In this document: piece after piece, positions 27,817 through 38,113 of the stretch
Layout of the letters: each line of letters opens with the position of its first letter
Numbering within the stretch: the stretch's first letter is position 1
Source: a bacterium
Lineage (GTDB): Bacteria; Patescibacteriota; Minisyncoccia; UBA6257; Colwellbacteraceae
Length of the DNA: 64,000 nt
Direction of reading: 5' to 3'
Assembly: GCA_029548485.1 (NCBI GenBank)
Contig: JAKPNH010000007.1
Location: 28,706-92,705 of the forward strand
Position numbers and translations under genes: made by a program
The notes under the pieces: model-generated
Databases searched by the model: none
The model's input: only the letters and a program-made list of their open reading frames with translations
Told to the model about the DNA's origin: nothing

Positions 27817-29151
27817 TTATTCTTCGCCGTAGATTATTTCTTTCGGCGGAATGAGTTTCGGGTCGGTCGGCAGGAAAACGTGAAACGTGGTGCCGCGGTT
27901 CAAAACCGATTCGGCCTGGATGCCGCCGCCGTGGCGGAGGATGATGTTCTTGGCGATGTAGAGCCCGAGTCCGGTGCCGTCGGTCTCGTCGCGCGTCACG
28001 TTCGCTCCGCGGTAAAACTTGCTGAAAAGCTTGGGCATGTCCTCGGCCGGGATGCCGACGCCGGTGTCCTCAATACTAACCTCGACGTAAGGCCGATCGG
28101 ACAATCTTTCTATTTTCACCGTGACGCTGCCGTTTTTGACGTTGTATTTGACGGCGTTGTCCAAAAGATTGGAAAAGGCCATACCGAGCCTCGAAGGATC
28201 CATCCTCACGATGATCGGTACGCCATCCGCCGGCCGGTCGAAATAGAGATTGACTCCGTATTCTTTGGCGATCGCCTGAACTCCGGAAAGCGCTTCCTCG
28301 AGAAAGGCGACTATGTCCATGTCCTGGAATTCGTAGCCGAAGCGGCCTTCCTCGATCTTCGAGGTGTTCAAGAGGTCTTCGATGATTTTCATGAGCTTTC
28401 CGGAAGCGGAAAGCCCGGTCGAAGCCAGCTCTTTTGTAGCCGGATCAATATCCTTGACGGAGACGATGTTCTCCAAAGCCCAGCGCACGGCCGTCAAAGG
28501 CGTCCGCAGCTGGTGCGCGGCCACGGTGATGAATTCGGATTTGGAACGGAGGAGTTTTATTTCCCTGGTCCGGTCGTGGACCACTTTAACAAAGCCGAGG
28601 ACCTCTCCTTTTTCTCCGGTTATCCTGTCGGTCGAGACCCTAAGTTCGATGTCCGGCTCGACGAAAGAAATGTCGACCACCTGCGGGTAGACTCCGGGGT
28701 CGCTCCTTTTAACGACCGTCGGAGCGAGGGAAGGGAAAACCACCTGGGCGATCATCTTCAATTTCGGATCAGCCCCCCATTCCGGAGAGATTTTCTTTCC
28801 GATGACGAGATCCTTCTCGATGCCGAAAATCTGCTCGGCGGCGGCGTTCATTTCGGTGATCTCCATGTTGTTGTCGTAGCTTACGATGCCGTCGCTCAAA
28901 TTGGAGACGATGCTCTGAAGCCTGCGATAGCCGAAAGCCGCCAAACGGCTTTCTTTCATGGCTTTGTATCCGGCTCTGAAAATAAAAACTCCGGAGACGA
29001 TAACAATGGCGAAGTTTACCCAGAACCAGACGCCGTAAAAATAACGGAGTCCGATAACGAGACTGAAGATTCCGGCGAAAAGAAAAAACCAGAATCCCGT
29101 CATCTGCGGGGACCGCCACCACTCTTTGATTTGCGAAAAGACTTTGTTCAA
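27817..29151 (-). CDS. sensor histidine kinase (two N-terminal TM helices, PAS-like domain, HisKA, HATPase_c)
   Basis: H-box HQLRTPLTAVRWALE, plus N, G1 and G2 boxes (LLDNAVKY ... GTGLGLYIAKNIILRHGG). No response regulator is adjacent. Confidence 0.8.
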   Translation of the reverse strand: MNKVFSQIKEWWRSPQMTGFWFFLFAGIFSLVIGLRYFYGVWFWVNFAIVIVSGVFIFRAGYKAMKESRLAAFGYRRLQSIVSNLSDGIVSYDNNMEITEMNAAAEQIFGIEKDLVIGKKISPEWGADPKLKMIAQVVFPSLAPTVVKRSDPGVYPQVVDISFVEPDIELRVSTDRITGEKGEVLGFVKVVHDRTREIKLLRSKSEFITVAAHQLRTPLTAVRWALENIVSVKDIDPATKELASTGLSASGKLMKIIEDLLNTSKIEEGRFGYEFQDMDIVAFLEEALSGVQAIAKEYGVNLYFDRPADGVPIIVRMDPSRLGMAFSNLLDNAVKYNVKNGSVTVKIERLSDRPYVEVSIEDTGVGIPAEDMPKLFSKFYRGANVTRDETDGTGLGLYIAKNIILRHGGGIQAESVLNRGTTFHVFLPTDPKLIPPKEIIYGEE

Positions 29152-29158
29152 ACCTTTA

Positions 29159-30037
29159 TCATTCTATCATTTCGAGCCTCGAGGCCAAAGAATGGAATCC
29201 GAGGCTCGTGCAATAATCCGTCAATTCCTTTTTGGAGACGATGCCGAATTTCAAGCCGGAGAGATCGACTTCGGGCAAGGGAACGTCGCGCCTCACCGTG
29301 GCCAATCTTTTCGAGAGAACGGCCATTTGCTTGCCGGCGATCAGTTTTTTGTAGCTCGAATTGATCGGCGCCGGAGAAAGGCCGTAGAAATCCTCGATCG
29401 AGCCGAATTCGCTGATGATCCCGACCGCGGTTTTGGGGCCGATGCCGGAGACTCCGGGGATGTTGTCAGACTTGTCGCCGACCAGGGCTTTGTAGTCCGG
29501 GATCTGGTCCGGCCGGACGCCGTATTTTTCGATGACGGCTTTTTCGTCGTAAACCGTGAAGTTGTTCGCGCCTTTCTGGGGGATCCAGGCGCTCACTTTC
29601 GGGTCTTCGACGAGCTGCAAAGTGTCGTGGTCTCCGGAGAGAATGGCGATTCTGAGGTCGTCGCGGGATTTGTATTTCTCGGTCAAAGTGGCGATGATGT
29701 CGTCCGCCTCGAATCCCGGCATTTCATAGGTCATGATGTTGAATTGCTCCATCATCGCCTTCGACTCCTTGAGTTGGGCCACCAGGTCCGAAGGCGTCGC
29801 CGGCCGGGTGATTTTGTAATCTTCGAACTCCTGCTCCCGGAAAGTCGGTTCCGGCCGGTCGTAGGCCGCGAGAACGTATTCCGGATGTATTTCTTTGAGG
29901 ATTTTCAAAAGCGAATTGGCCAGTCCGTAGAGGGCGCCGGTCGGCCGTCCGTCCAGAGCGGTAAAAGGAGGTAAGGCGAAAAAGCTCCGGTAAATCAGGG
30001 AATTGGCGTCTATGAGAAGCAGTATTTTGTCGGGCAT
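29159..30037 (-). CDS. standalone 5'-3' exonuclease (Pol I N-terminal / FEN-like domain)
   Basis: ILLLIDANSLIYRSFFALP ... acidic metal-binding residues and a helix-hairpin-helix (GIGPKTA) typical of the PolA 5'-3' exonuclease. Start taken at MPDKILL. Confidence 0.75.
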   Translation of the reverse strand: MPDKILLLIDANSLIYRSFFALPPFTALDGRPTGALYGLANSLLKILKEIHPEYVLAAYDRPEPTFREQEFEDYKITRPATPSDLVAQLKESKAMMEQFNIMTYEMPGFEADDIIATLTEKYKSRDDLRIAILSGDHDTLQLVEDPKVSAWIPQKGANNFTVYDEKAVIEKYGVRPDQIPDYKALVGDKSDNIPGVSGIGPKTAVGIISEFGSIEDFYGLSPAPINSSYKKLIAGKQMAVLSKRLATVRRDVPLPEVDLSGLKFGIVSKKELTDYCTSLGFHSLASRLEMIE

Positions 30038-30039
30038 TT

Positions 30040-30492
30040 TTACGGAAGTTTGATTAGGCGCTCGTTTTCTTTCTCTCCGAAAGAGAATTTGATTTTGGGA
30101 AAACCTTTCAAGGCTTTGGTCCGCAAGCGTTCCGGCCATTCGATGAAAACAAGAGACTCACCGGATTCGAGGATTTTTCCAAAGCCCAAGGCTTTCAGAT
30201 CGGTAAAGCTTTGCAAGCGGTAGGCGTCGATATGGTAAATGTCCTTTATATTATTTTTCATCCTCGGAATCCGATAGTGCTTCATCAGGATAAAAGTCGG
30301 GCTGGTGGCGCGCCTGATGCCGAAATAATGTAGCGCTCCCTGGACAAAAGAGGTTTTGCCAGACCCGAGGTCTCCGGAAAGGAGCAGGACCAAGGCCCGA
30401 TTCTTGTTTTTACGATCTTTGGAGATTTTCTCCGCGAAAGCCGCGGCCAGATCTTGGGTTTGCTCAAGCGATTCGGTTCTGATGACAGCCAT
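30040..30492 (-). CDS. tsaE: tRNA threonylcarbamoyladenosine biosynthesis ATPase TsaE (YjeE)
   Basis: P-loop LLSGDLGSGKTSFVQG and an SPTF motif (RATSPTFILMKHY). Confidence 0.8.
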   Translation of the reverse strand: MAVIRTESLEQTQDLAAAFAEKISKDRKNKNRALVLLLSGDLGSGKTSFVQGALHYFGIRRATSPTFILMKHYRIPRMKNNIKDIYHIDAYRLQSFTDLKALGFGKILESGESLVFIEWPERLRTKALKGFPKIKFSFGEKENERLIKLP

Positions 30493-31478
30493 TAAAACCT
30501 GGCCAGATGTTCTTTGGCCGCTTCGGTGACGACCCGGCCTCCGGAAGTTCTTTTCAAGAAGCCGATTTTCATGAGATAAGGCTCGTAAACCTCCTCGATC
30601 ACCCCTTTTTCTTCACCGAGGGCCGCCGAAAGGGTGTTCAAGCCGACCGGGCCTCCCTTGAACTGGTGGCTGATCATTCCCAGGAACTTGCGGTCGATGT
30701 ATTCCAATCCGAATTCGTCGATGTCGAGCAATTGGAGCACTTCTTTGATCGTCTGGCCGTCGATCATCTGTATTTTGTTCATCTCGGCGAAATCCCGACT
30801 TCTTTTCAGAAGCCTGTTCGCGATTCTCGGGGTGAAGCGGCTGGCCGCGGCCAGTTTCGAGATGCCGGACTCTTCGATGCCGATATCGAGGATCTGCGCC
30901 GATTTTTTGATGATCGACTCGATGTTTTCCAAAGAATAATAATCCAGCCTGAAAGAAGCTCCGAAACGCGATCTCAAGGGATTCGAAAGCATGTTCACCC
31001 TGGTGGTCGCCGCGATCAGGGTGAACGGCGGCAGATCCAAGGAAATCGTCCTTGCGGCCGGGCCTTTGCCCAAGACAATGTTCAATTTGCGGGTTTCCAT
31101 GGCTGGATAAAGGACTTCTTCGATCGGCTTGCTCAAACGATGGGCTTCGTCGATGAAAAGCACGTCGTGCGGTTCGAGATTGGTCAAAACCGCGGCCAAA
31201 TCTCCGGTTTTTTCCAAAGCCGGGCCCGAAGTCTCTTTGATTTGAGCGCCGAGGTCAAAAGCCACCAAATGGGCGAGGGTCGTTTTTCCGAGTCCGGCCG
31301 GACCGTAAAACAAAAGATGGTCCGGCGCTTCGTTTCTTTGCTTGGCCGCTCCCAAAATCACGTTCAGGGCCTTCTTGATCGTCTCCTGGCCGACATAATC
31401 TTCGAAAATCCGCGGCCGGAGAAGCAAATCCACGTTGGAATCGTCGTTTTTGGACAGCTGAAGATTGGCTTTTTTCAT
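30492..31478 (-). CDS. ruvB: Holliday junction branch migration ATPase RuvB
   Basis: AAA+ protein with Walker A GPAGLGKTTLA, Walker B VLFIDEAHRL, and a winged-helix C-terminus. Confidence 0.95.
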   Translation of the reverse strand: MKKANLQLSKNDDSNVDLLLRPRIFEDYVGQETIKKALNVILGAAKQRNEAPDHLLFYGPAGLGKTTLAHLVAFDLGAQIKETSGPALEKTGDLAAVLTNLEPHDVLFIDEAHRLSKPIEEVLYPAMETRKLNIVLGKGPAARTISLDLPPFTLIAATTRVNMLSNPLRSRFGASFRLDYYSLENIESIIKKSAQILDIGIEESGISKLAAASRFTPRIANRLLKRSRDFAEMNKIQMIDGQTIKEVLQLLDIDEFGLEYIDRKFLGMISHQFKGGPVGLNTLSAALGEEKGVIEEVYEPYLMKIGFLKRTSGGRVVTEAAKEHLARF

Positions 31479-31681
31479 CTCTTGACAGAAACCCCCATAT
31501 ATGCTATCTTAGGCTAAATCCGCAAAGGATATTCGGCGATGGGAATTGTTTTTAGCTTTCGGCCTGTCTGGCTTCGGCTGGACTACGCCTCGAAACAATT
31601 CTAAATCTTTCTTTCTATTCTTGAAAGAAAGATTAATCTTTCTTAAAGCTTGCCGACGATCCCTCGCGGATTTTTTGTTTT

Positions 31682-33007
31682 CTAAACGATCTTCCAGTCG
31701 ACGGGGCCTGTCTGGCGCTCCACTTCTTCGATCGAGGTGACGCCCCGGAGGGCCTTGATCAGACCGTCGGCCTGGACGCCGACAAAGCCGCGCTCGATCG
31801 CGGCCTTTTCTATGTCGAGTTCCGTGGTTTTCTCGTTGATGATGGAGGCGAATTCCTTGTCGAATCTGACGATCTCAAAAATGCCGATCCGTCCTTTGTA
31901 TCCGGTGTTATGGCAGGCTTCGCAGCCGATGGCCTTGTAAATCCGGATTTCTTCGAACGCGGGTTTGTCCGTTTTTTCGGGCAAAGCCGCCAAAAACTCT
32001 TTGATCTTGTCTTTTACCTCTTCGGTCGGCTCGAATGTTTCGCGGCATTTCTCGCAAAGCTTTCTAACGAGCCTTTGGCTCACGACCACGTTCAAGGCCG
32101 GGCCGATGACCGAAGGCTTTATTCCCAAATCGATGAGCCGGGGCACGGCTCCGACGGCGTTATTGGTATGGAGGGTGGAAAAGACCAGATGTCCGGTCAG
32201 GCTGCTGTGGAGCGCTATCTCGGCCGTTTCTTCATCGCGGATCTCGCCGACCAGGATCACGTCCGGGTCCTGCCGCAGGATCGATCGGAGGCCGTTTTCA
32301 AAGGTGTAGCCGGAGGATTCGTCGACTTGGGTCTGCTCGATTCCTGGAAGCCGGTACTCGATCGGGTCTTCGATGGTGATGATCTTGATATCCGGATTGG
32401 AAACGGCTTTCAGAAAAGCGTAAAGAGTGGTCGTTTTTCCGGATCCGGTAGGACCGGTGACCAAAACCATGCCGTTCGGACGCTTCAGCTCGTCCGCCAT
32501 CAAGGATTCGTCGTCCTTGCGGAGCCCGAGGTCGGAGACGTCCAAGGAAATGGTTTTCGGATTGAGGAGTCTTAGGACCGCGGTTTCCCCGAACTTCGCC
32601 GGGTTGACCGAAACCCTTATCTCGACGTCGATCCCGGGATCGGAAACCCGGACCGTGAAACGGCCGTCCTGGGCCGCGTCCCTGATGTTCAGTTTCAAGC
32701 CGCCCAGAAGCTTTATCCGGCTCAAGATCAATGCGTAGGAATCCTTGTCGATCCTCGCGACGTCGTTCAAAACGCCGTCGACGCGGATCCTCAGGCGCGT
32801 TTCCTTTTCTTCGGTCTCGAAATGGAGGTCCGACGATTCGAGCCCGAGGCCGGAGGCGATGATCGTCTCCAGGAATTCGGAGGCGCTGGCTTTTCTTTCG
32901 TTGAAATCTTGAATTTCCTTTCCAAAATCGGCTATGGTTGTAGAAAGCGCTTTGGGGATCTCGATTCCGTTCCGGAAATCAGTATTTTCAGCCATTGCAA
33001 ACATCAT
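31682..33007 (-). CDS. type IV pilus assembly / type II secretion ATPase (PilB/GspE family)
   Basis: Walker A GPTGSGKTTTL, Asp box and His box (STLHTNNA), and a C-terminal tetracysteine motif (CEKC...CEAC). Confidence 0.85.
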   Translation of the reverse strand: MMFAMAENTDFRNGIEIPKALSTTIADFGKEIQDFNERKASASEFLETIIASGLGLESSDLHFETEEKETRLRIRVDGVLNDVARIDKDSYALILSRIKLLGGLKLNIRDAAQDGRFTVRVSDPGIDVEIRVSVNPAKFGETAVLRLLNPKTISLDVSDLGLRKDDESLMADELKRPNGMVLVTGPTGSGKTTTLYAFLKAVSNPDIKIITIEDPIEYRLPGIEQTQVDESSGYTFENGLRSILRQDPDVILVGEIRDEETAEIALHSSLTGHLVFSTLHTNNAVGAVPRLIDLGIKPSVIGPALNVVVSQRLVRKLCEKCRETFEPTEEVKDKIKEFLAALPEKTDKPAFEEIRIYKAIGCEACHNTGYKGRIGIFEIVRFDKEFASIINEKTTELDIEKAAIERGFVGVQADGLIKALRGVTSIEEVERQTGPVDWKIV

Positions 33008-33014
33008 AATTTAT

Positions 33015-33536
33015 ATGTCCGGTCACAGCAAATGGTCTCAAATCAAACACAAGAAGGAAATCACCGACAAAAAGCGGGCGAAATTCTTCAGCAAGCTCCT
33101 TAGCAACATCCAGGCGGCGGCCAAGGATGAGCCGAATCCGGAGTTCAATCCGCGGCTCCGCGACGCCGTGCTCAAAGCCAAAGAAGCGAACGTTCCCCAG
33201 GATAACATCGAGCGGGCGATCAAAAAAGCCAAGGACGAGCCGAGCGAAGAATTGCTCGTCGAGATGTACGGGCCCGAAGGATCGGCCTTCATCGTCACCG
33301 GGCTCACCTCGAACACCAACCGGACCATGGCCGACATCAAAAGCGTCGTCAAGAACTTCGACGCCAAGATAGGCTTGCCCGGTTCGGCCAAATGGGCTTT
33401 TTCCCAATCTGGTTTCGAATTCGTTCCGAATTTCAAGCAAGCCGTCTCTGCCGAAGCCAAAGAAAAAATCCTCGCCTTGACCGAGGCCCTCGAAGACATA
33501 GAGGAGGTGACGGCCGTTTACACGAACGCCGAATGA
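33015..33536 (+). CDS. yebC: YebC/PmpR family DNA-binding transcriptional regulator
   Basis: MSGHSKWSQIKHKK N-terminus is diagnostic of the YebC (DUF28) family. Start moved to this Met. Confidence 0.85.
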   Translation: MSGHSKWSQIKHKKEITDKKRAKFFSKLLSNIQAAAKDEPNPEFNPRLRDAVLKAKEANVPQDNIERAIKKAKDEPSEELLVEMYGPEGSAFIVTGLTSNTNRTMADIKSVVKNFDAKIGLPGSAKWAFSQSGFEFVPNFKQAVSAEAKEKILALTEALEDIEEVTAVYTNAE

Positions 33537-34024
33537 CGAAAACCCTTAAAACCTTGGGCATCGATCCCGGAAGCCACCGCATCGGCTTCGGCTTGGTTGA
33601 GAAGTCCGGCCGGGATCTTTCGACCAAAGACTACGGAGTGATCGAATTCAAATCCGGAGAAAGCTCGAACAGGCTGGTCTTGTTGGAAAAGGAAATGGAA
33701 AAGCTCATCAAGAGATCCAAACCTTCGCTTATCGCCGTGGAAAGGCTTTATTTTTCCCAAAACCGGACCACCGGAATGATGGTGGCCGAATCGCGCGGGG
33801 TCATCATGCTCGCCGCCAAAAAAGCGAATATCCCCACAGCCGAATACGATCCGACGACCGTGAAGCGAAGAGTGACCGGCTACGGGCTCTCCGACAAGAA
33901 AGCGGTGATGAAGATGGTGAAGATACTGCTCGGCCTAAAAGATTTCAAAGGACTCGACGACGCCTCGGACGCCTTGGCGATCGCCATCGTCGGCTGCCTC
34001 GACAACCGCGAAATCTCCTCCTAG
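33533..34024 (+). CDS. ruvC: crossover junction endodeoxyribonuclease RuvC
   Basis: N-terminal LGIDPGS..GFGL catalytic Asp and the RNase H-like fold. A 4-nt ATGA overlap with yebC supports the internal start. Confidence 0.85.
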   Translation: MTKTLKTLGIDPGSHRIGFGLVEKSGRDLSTKDYGVIEFKSGESSNRLVLLEKEMEKLIKRSKPSLIAVERLYFSQNRTTGMMVAESRGVIMLAAKKANIPTAEYDPTTVKRRVTGYGLSDKKAVMKMVKILLGLKDFKGLDDASDALAIAIVGCLDNREISS

Positions 34025-34357
34025 CCCGGGCTCTTGACGCCCGGGAAAAAATAATTATACTTTTTCAAGTTATCAAAATATAAAGCAAAAAGGTCGAAAC
34101 TTTTTACGACGATGACGGATTATTATAACAAAGGATACCTTTTGATGGACGTCGGCGGAGAAGGCGAGGGAGATTCGACAGACTTTGAGGCGGACCTTTC
34201 CGAGCCCGAGGAAGATTCCGAGGACGACGAAGAGAATCCCGACGAAGAAGAGGATGAAGAAAGCGACGACACCGAGTGGTAGAAAGACAGAGTAATCTAT
34301 ATCTATAATAATCCGCCTTGGTTATAATAAGACCAGGGCGGATTTGGTTAATAAACC

Positions 34358-36832
34358 ATGGCCAAAATAAAAGTAAGGAGGGCGAAGAAGAGCAATACCC
34401 GAAGGGACATTTTCATTTCCGTCGTCGCTTTGGGAGTTTTCGCGATTTTCGCCGGCCTCCTCGTTTTCTATCGCTTAAGCAAGAGCCTGCCGCCGGTGGC
34501 TCAGCTCGACGGGAACGTCAAGACCGAATCCACCAAGATCTACGACCGCACCGGCCAGACGCTCCTTTACGAGATCTACGACGAAGAGCGGCGCACCATT
34601 CTTCCGGCAGAAGAAATCCCGGACATCATGAGGCAGGCGGTCATCGCCGTCGAAGACAAGGATTTCTACAACCATCCGGCTTTCGATATCAAAGGAATGA
34701 TCCGGGCGCTCGTCGCCGACATTTTGAACCAGAATAAATCCCAGGGCGGCTCGACCATCACCCAACAGCTCGCCCGAAACGCCTTTTTGACGGCCGAGCG
34801 CTCGGTCACGAGAAAAGTGAAAGAGATCATCCTCGCTTACCGCATCGAAAAACTCTATTCCAAAGACGAGATCCTCGACCTTTACCTGAACCAAATTCCT
34901 TTCGGCCAGAACAGCTACGGCATCGAGGCGGCCAGCGAGACTTATTTCGCCAAACACGCCTCCGAGCTGAGCCTTTCCGAAGCGGCCCTGCTCGCGGCCG
35001 TGGCCAAGGGTCCGAGCTATTTTTCTCCCTGGGGATCGCACCTCGTCGAGCTCGAGGGCCGGAGGCAATACGTGCTCGAACAAATGGAGCTTGTCGGATT
35101 CATCGACAAGCAGCAGCTCGAGGCGGCCCGGGCCGACAAGCCCGAAGTCCTCGCCGAGCCGCAGAAAGCCAATTTCGAAATCGCCCCCCATTTCGTGATC
35201 TACGTTCAGGATTATCTTAACCAGAAATACGGCGAAGATTTTGTCAGGCGCTCGGGGATGAAGGTCATCACCACCCTCGACGTCGATCTCCAGAAACTGG
35301 CGAACGAGAAGATCAAAGCCGGAGGAGAAAGGAACATCCAAGACATCAACGGCCACAACCTGGCCCTGATCGCCGAAGACGCGACGAACGGCCAGATACT
35401 CGCCATGGTCGGATCCAGGGATTATTTCGCCGATTCCGAGCCCGCCGGATGCATCGAGGGATCGACCTGCCTTTTCGAGGGTAAGTTCAACGCCGCGAGC
35501 CAAAGCCTGCGGCAGCCGGGTTCGGCTTTGAAGCCCTTTATCTATTCTCTGGCTTTCAAATCCGGATTGACGCCGGACACGGTCGTTTTCGACGTGCCGA
35601 CCGAATTCGCGGCCAGCAATCCGCTCTGTCCGATAACGCCGGCTTTTTTCAGCGACAACAAACAGTGCTATCACCCGGGGAATTACGACGGACTTTTCCG
35701 TGGGCCGATCATGCTGAAAGACGCCCTGGCCCGCTCCTTGAACATCCCGGCGGTCAAAGTACTCCACACGGTCGGGCTCCAAAACGCCATCAACTGGCTT
35801 GAGAGGTTCGGCGTCACCACCTTGAACGATCCCGACCGCATCGGACTTTCGCTTACCCTGGGAGGAGGGGAGATCAGGCTCACCGAACTCACGAACGCCT
35901 ACGCCACGCTCGCGAACGACGGCGTTTTCAATCCGCAAACCGCGATCTTGAGCATCACCGATTCCAAAGGGAATGTTTTGGAAGAATTCGAATCCCGATC
36001 GGAAAGAGTGGTCGAAGAACAATACGCGAGGCTCATAGACGACATCCTCTCCGATCCGAACCTTCGGGAACCTCTATTCCGGTCCAACCTTTACATGACC
36101 CAGGTTCCCGGAAAACAAATCGCCCTGAAAACCGGAACTTCACAGGATTACGTCGACGCCTGGGCTTTCGGCTATTCTCCGCGGCTCGTGGTCGGCCTTT
36201 GGGCCGGAAACAACAACCGTTATCCTCTGGGCAAGGCCGGGTCGAGCATTTTGGCCGCCATCCCGACTTGGCACGATTTCGCGGTCGAAGCCTTCAAGAA
36301 CGAACCCAATCTCACCTTTATCAAGCCCGAACCGATTTACGCCGATTCGCCCATACTTCTCGGTGCGATCGACCGGAACAACGTACACGATCTTTTGTAT
36401 TTCCTGAACAGGATTTCCGATTCGCAATATCCGAACTGGGAAGAGGCCGTCAGGTCCTGGCTTTCCACGAACAGCATGCCGCTTTATTGGGGCCAGGCCA
36501 CTTACACTTTTCCGAAAGACGGGCAGGCGACCTTGAACGGAGAAAAAAACATCTCTGTCGATTTGGCTTATCCGAAAAACGGAGATTTTGTCGATGCGAT
36601 GTCGGAAATCCAAGCTTCGGTCCACTCGGAACCGGGCGTAAGCAAGATCGAGCTTCTGATAAACGGTGAAGTCACGGACACCCGCCTGGTCAACTCGGAG
36701 AAGAACGTCGACTACCGATTTGTCTTCGGAGGGACTCCGCTGAACCCCCAGAACTCTTTGACGCTAAGGGCGATGAACAACTTCGGGAACTCGGCCGAAA
36801 CGCAGATCATCGTTTTCAAAAAGACCGACTAA
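34358..36832 (+). CDS. penicillin-binding protein 1A (bifunctional glycosyltransferase/transpeptidase) with C-terminal extension
   Basis: GT51 motifs (EDKDFYNH, GGSTITQQL, RKVKE). Transpeptidase SxxK (SALKPF), SxN and KTG motifs. N-terminal TM anchor. Confidence 0.9.
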   Translation: MAKIKVRRAKKSNTRRDIFISVVALGVFAIFAGLLVFYRLSKSLPPVAQLDGNVKTESTKIYDRTGQTLLYEIYDEERRTILPAEEIPDIMRQAVIAVEDKDFYNHPAFDIKGMIRALVADILNQNKSQGGSTITQQLARNAFLTAERSVTRKVKEIILAYRIEKLYSKDEILDLYLNQIPFGQNSYGIEAASETYFAKHASELSLSEAALLAAVAKGPSYFSPWGSHLVELEGRRQYVLEQMELVGFIDKQQLEAARADKPEVLAEPQKANFEIAPHFVIYVQDYLNQKYGEDFVRRSGMKVITTLDVDLQKLANEKIKAGGERNIQDINGHNLALIAEDATNGQILAMVGSRDYFADSEPAGCIEGSTCLFEGKFNAASQSLRQPGSALKPFIYSLAFKSGLTPDTVVFDVPTEFAASNPLCPITPAFFSDNKQCYHPGNYDGLFRGPIMLKDALARSLNIPAVKVLHTVGLQNAINWLERFGVTTLNDPDRIGLSLTLGGGEIRLTELTNAYATLANDGVFNPQTAILSITDSKGNVLEEFESRSERVVEEQYARLIDDILSDPNLREPLFRSNLYMTQVPGKQIALKTGTSQDYVDAWAFGYSPRLVVGLWAGNNNRYPLGKAGSSILAAIPTWHDFAVEAFKNEPNLTFIKPEPIYADSPILLGAIDRNNVHDLLYFLNRISDSQYPNWEEAVRSWLSTNSMPLYWGQATYTFPKDGQATLNGEKNISVDLAYPKNGDFVDAMSEIQASVHSEPGVSKIELLINGEVTDTRLVNSEKNVDYRFVFGGTPLNPQNSLTLRAMNNFGNSAETQIIVFKKTD

Positions 36833-36846
36833 GTCGGTCTTTTTCT
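36822..36846. terminator. bidirectional terminator hairpin between PBP1A and dnaN
   Basis: AGACCGAC-TAA-GTCGGTCT, with the PBP stop codon in the loop, followed by a T-tract. Confidence 0.6.
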
Positions 36847-36853
36847 TATCTCG

Positions 36854-37963
36854 TCAGTTCTTAATGGGCATCAAGATATAGAAATACGAAGTGTCATTCG
36901 GCGCCTTCAGGATCGCCGGCCGGCTGTCTCCCTGGAGCCCGAACAGAACTGTGTCCGTATAGATGTTCTTCAGCCCGTCCAAAAGGTATTTCCAGTTGAA
37001 CGAAGCTTTTACCGGATCTCCGCTGATTTTCGCGGAAATGAGATATTTGTTTTCCCCGAGCCCGCTGTCCGCGGAATAGACTTCGACTATTTTCTTGTCG
37101 TCTCCGACTTTGATCACCACTTCGCCGCTTCTCGCGGTGAACGAGCCGGCCAGTTTCATGGCGTTCACCAATTCTTGCTTTTCGACGACGATTTCCGTTT
37201 CCAGACTTTTGGGGATGATCGGCCCGTAATCGGGGAATTGCCCGTCGATGAGCCGGGTGATCACCTCCAGGGTTTCGGTCTTGAAAAGGGCCTGTGAATC
37301 GTCGATGAAGACTTTGACGCTTTCTTCGTCGTTCAATATCCTCACGATTTCCTGAATGGTTTTTAGGGGAATGATGGTTTTTTTGGACTTCGAGAGGTTA
37401 TTCTTGAATTGCGTTTCCGGAATGCTTTTTTCGGCGAGCCGAAAACTGTCGGTCGCGACCAACTTAAAGACATTCGACTCGAAATTGAAAAGAATACCGC
37501 TTATTTCCGGCCGCAGATCGGAGATCTGGCAGGCGTTGATGATCTTATTTATCCCTTCTTTGAGGACCGAGGTGGATATTTCGAAACTACCGGCCTCCGG
37601 AGCGATCTTCGGAATGATCGGGAAGTCCGACGGGCTCATTCCCTGGATTATGGCTTCGTAATTGTCGGTTTTGAGAAGAAGATTGCATTTTTTCTCCTCG
37701 AGGTCTATGCGTTCGCTCTGAAGATTATTGATCAAGCTATTCAAGAGTCCGAAGGGGATGGTCGCTTCGCCTTGCTCGGTTATTTTCCCGGGAACGACCT
37801 TAGTGATGGCCGCCTCGAGGTTAGTCGAAGAAACGGTGATTTTCGATTGATCCGCCTTGATGAGAATATTTTTTAAAATCGGCAGGTTCAAATTCTCTTC
37901 CACTGTTCTCGAGGCGGCGTCCAAAGCGTTTTTTAGGTTGTTACGTAATACGATTATTTTCAT
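36854..37963 (-). CDS. dnaN: DNA polymerase III beta subunit (sliding clamp)
   Basis: Three-domain clamp with conserved N-terminus MKIIVLRNNLKNAL. Adjacent to dnaA. Confidence 0.9.
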   Translation of the reverse strand: MKIIVLRNNLKNALDAASRTVEENLNLPILKNILIKADQSKITVSSTNLEAAITKVVPGKITEQGEATIPFGLLNSLINNLQSERIDLEEKKCNLLLKTDNYEAIIQGMSPSDFPIIPKIAPEAGSFEISTSVLKEGINKIINACQISDLRPEISGILFNFESNVFKLVATDSFRLAEKSIPETQFKNNLSKSKKTIIPLKTIQEIVRILNDEESVKVFIDDSQALFKTETLEVITRLIDGQFPDYGPIIPKSLETEIVVEKQELVNAMKLAGSFTARSGEVVIKVGDDKKIVEVYSADSGLGENKYLISAKISGDPVKASFNWKYLLDGLKNIYTDTVLFGLQGDSRPAILKAPNDTSYFYILMPIKN

Positions 37964-38113
37964 ATATATAACTTGTTGTAGTTATTGTTGTGGATTGGTG
38001 GATAAATTGTTTTCGACGCTTTTTTAAACGATTTTTTTAACAATTCAATTTGTGGATAAGAATTTATTATTTGAAATACTTTGTTTTTATCCATTGCTTA
38101 TACCCAAAGTAAT
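37964..38113. promoter_or_regulatory. oriC-associated DnaA-box cluster (dnaN-dnaA intergenic region)
   Basis: A perfect TGTGGATAA lies at 38051-38059. Near-consensus boxes TGTGGATTG lie at 37989-37997 and GGTGGATAA at 37997-38005. The AT-rich context is typical of a DNA-unwinding element. Confidence 0.7.

Noticed and set aside
34475-36022. 515-aa minus-strand ORF antisense to PBP1A
   Set aside because: Shadow ORF with Arg/Gly/Asp-rich composition. The PBP motifs are on the plus strand.
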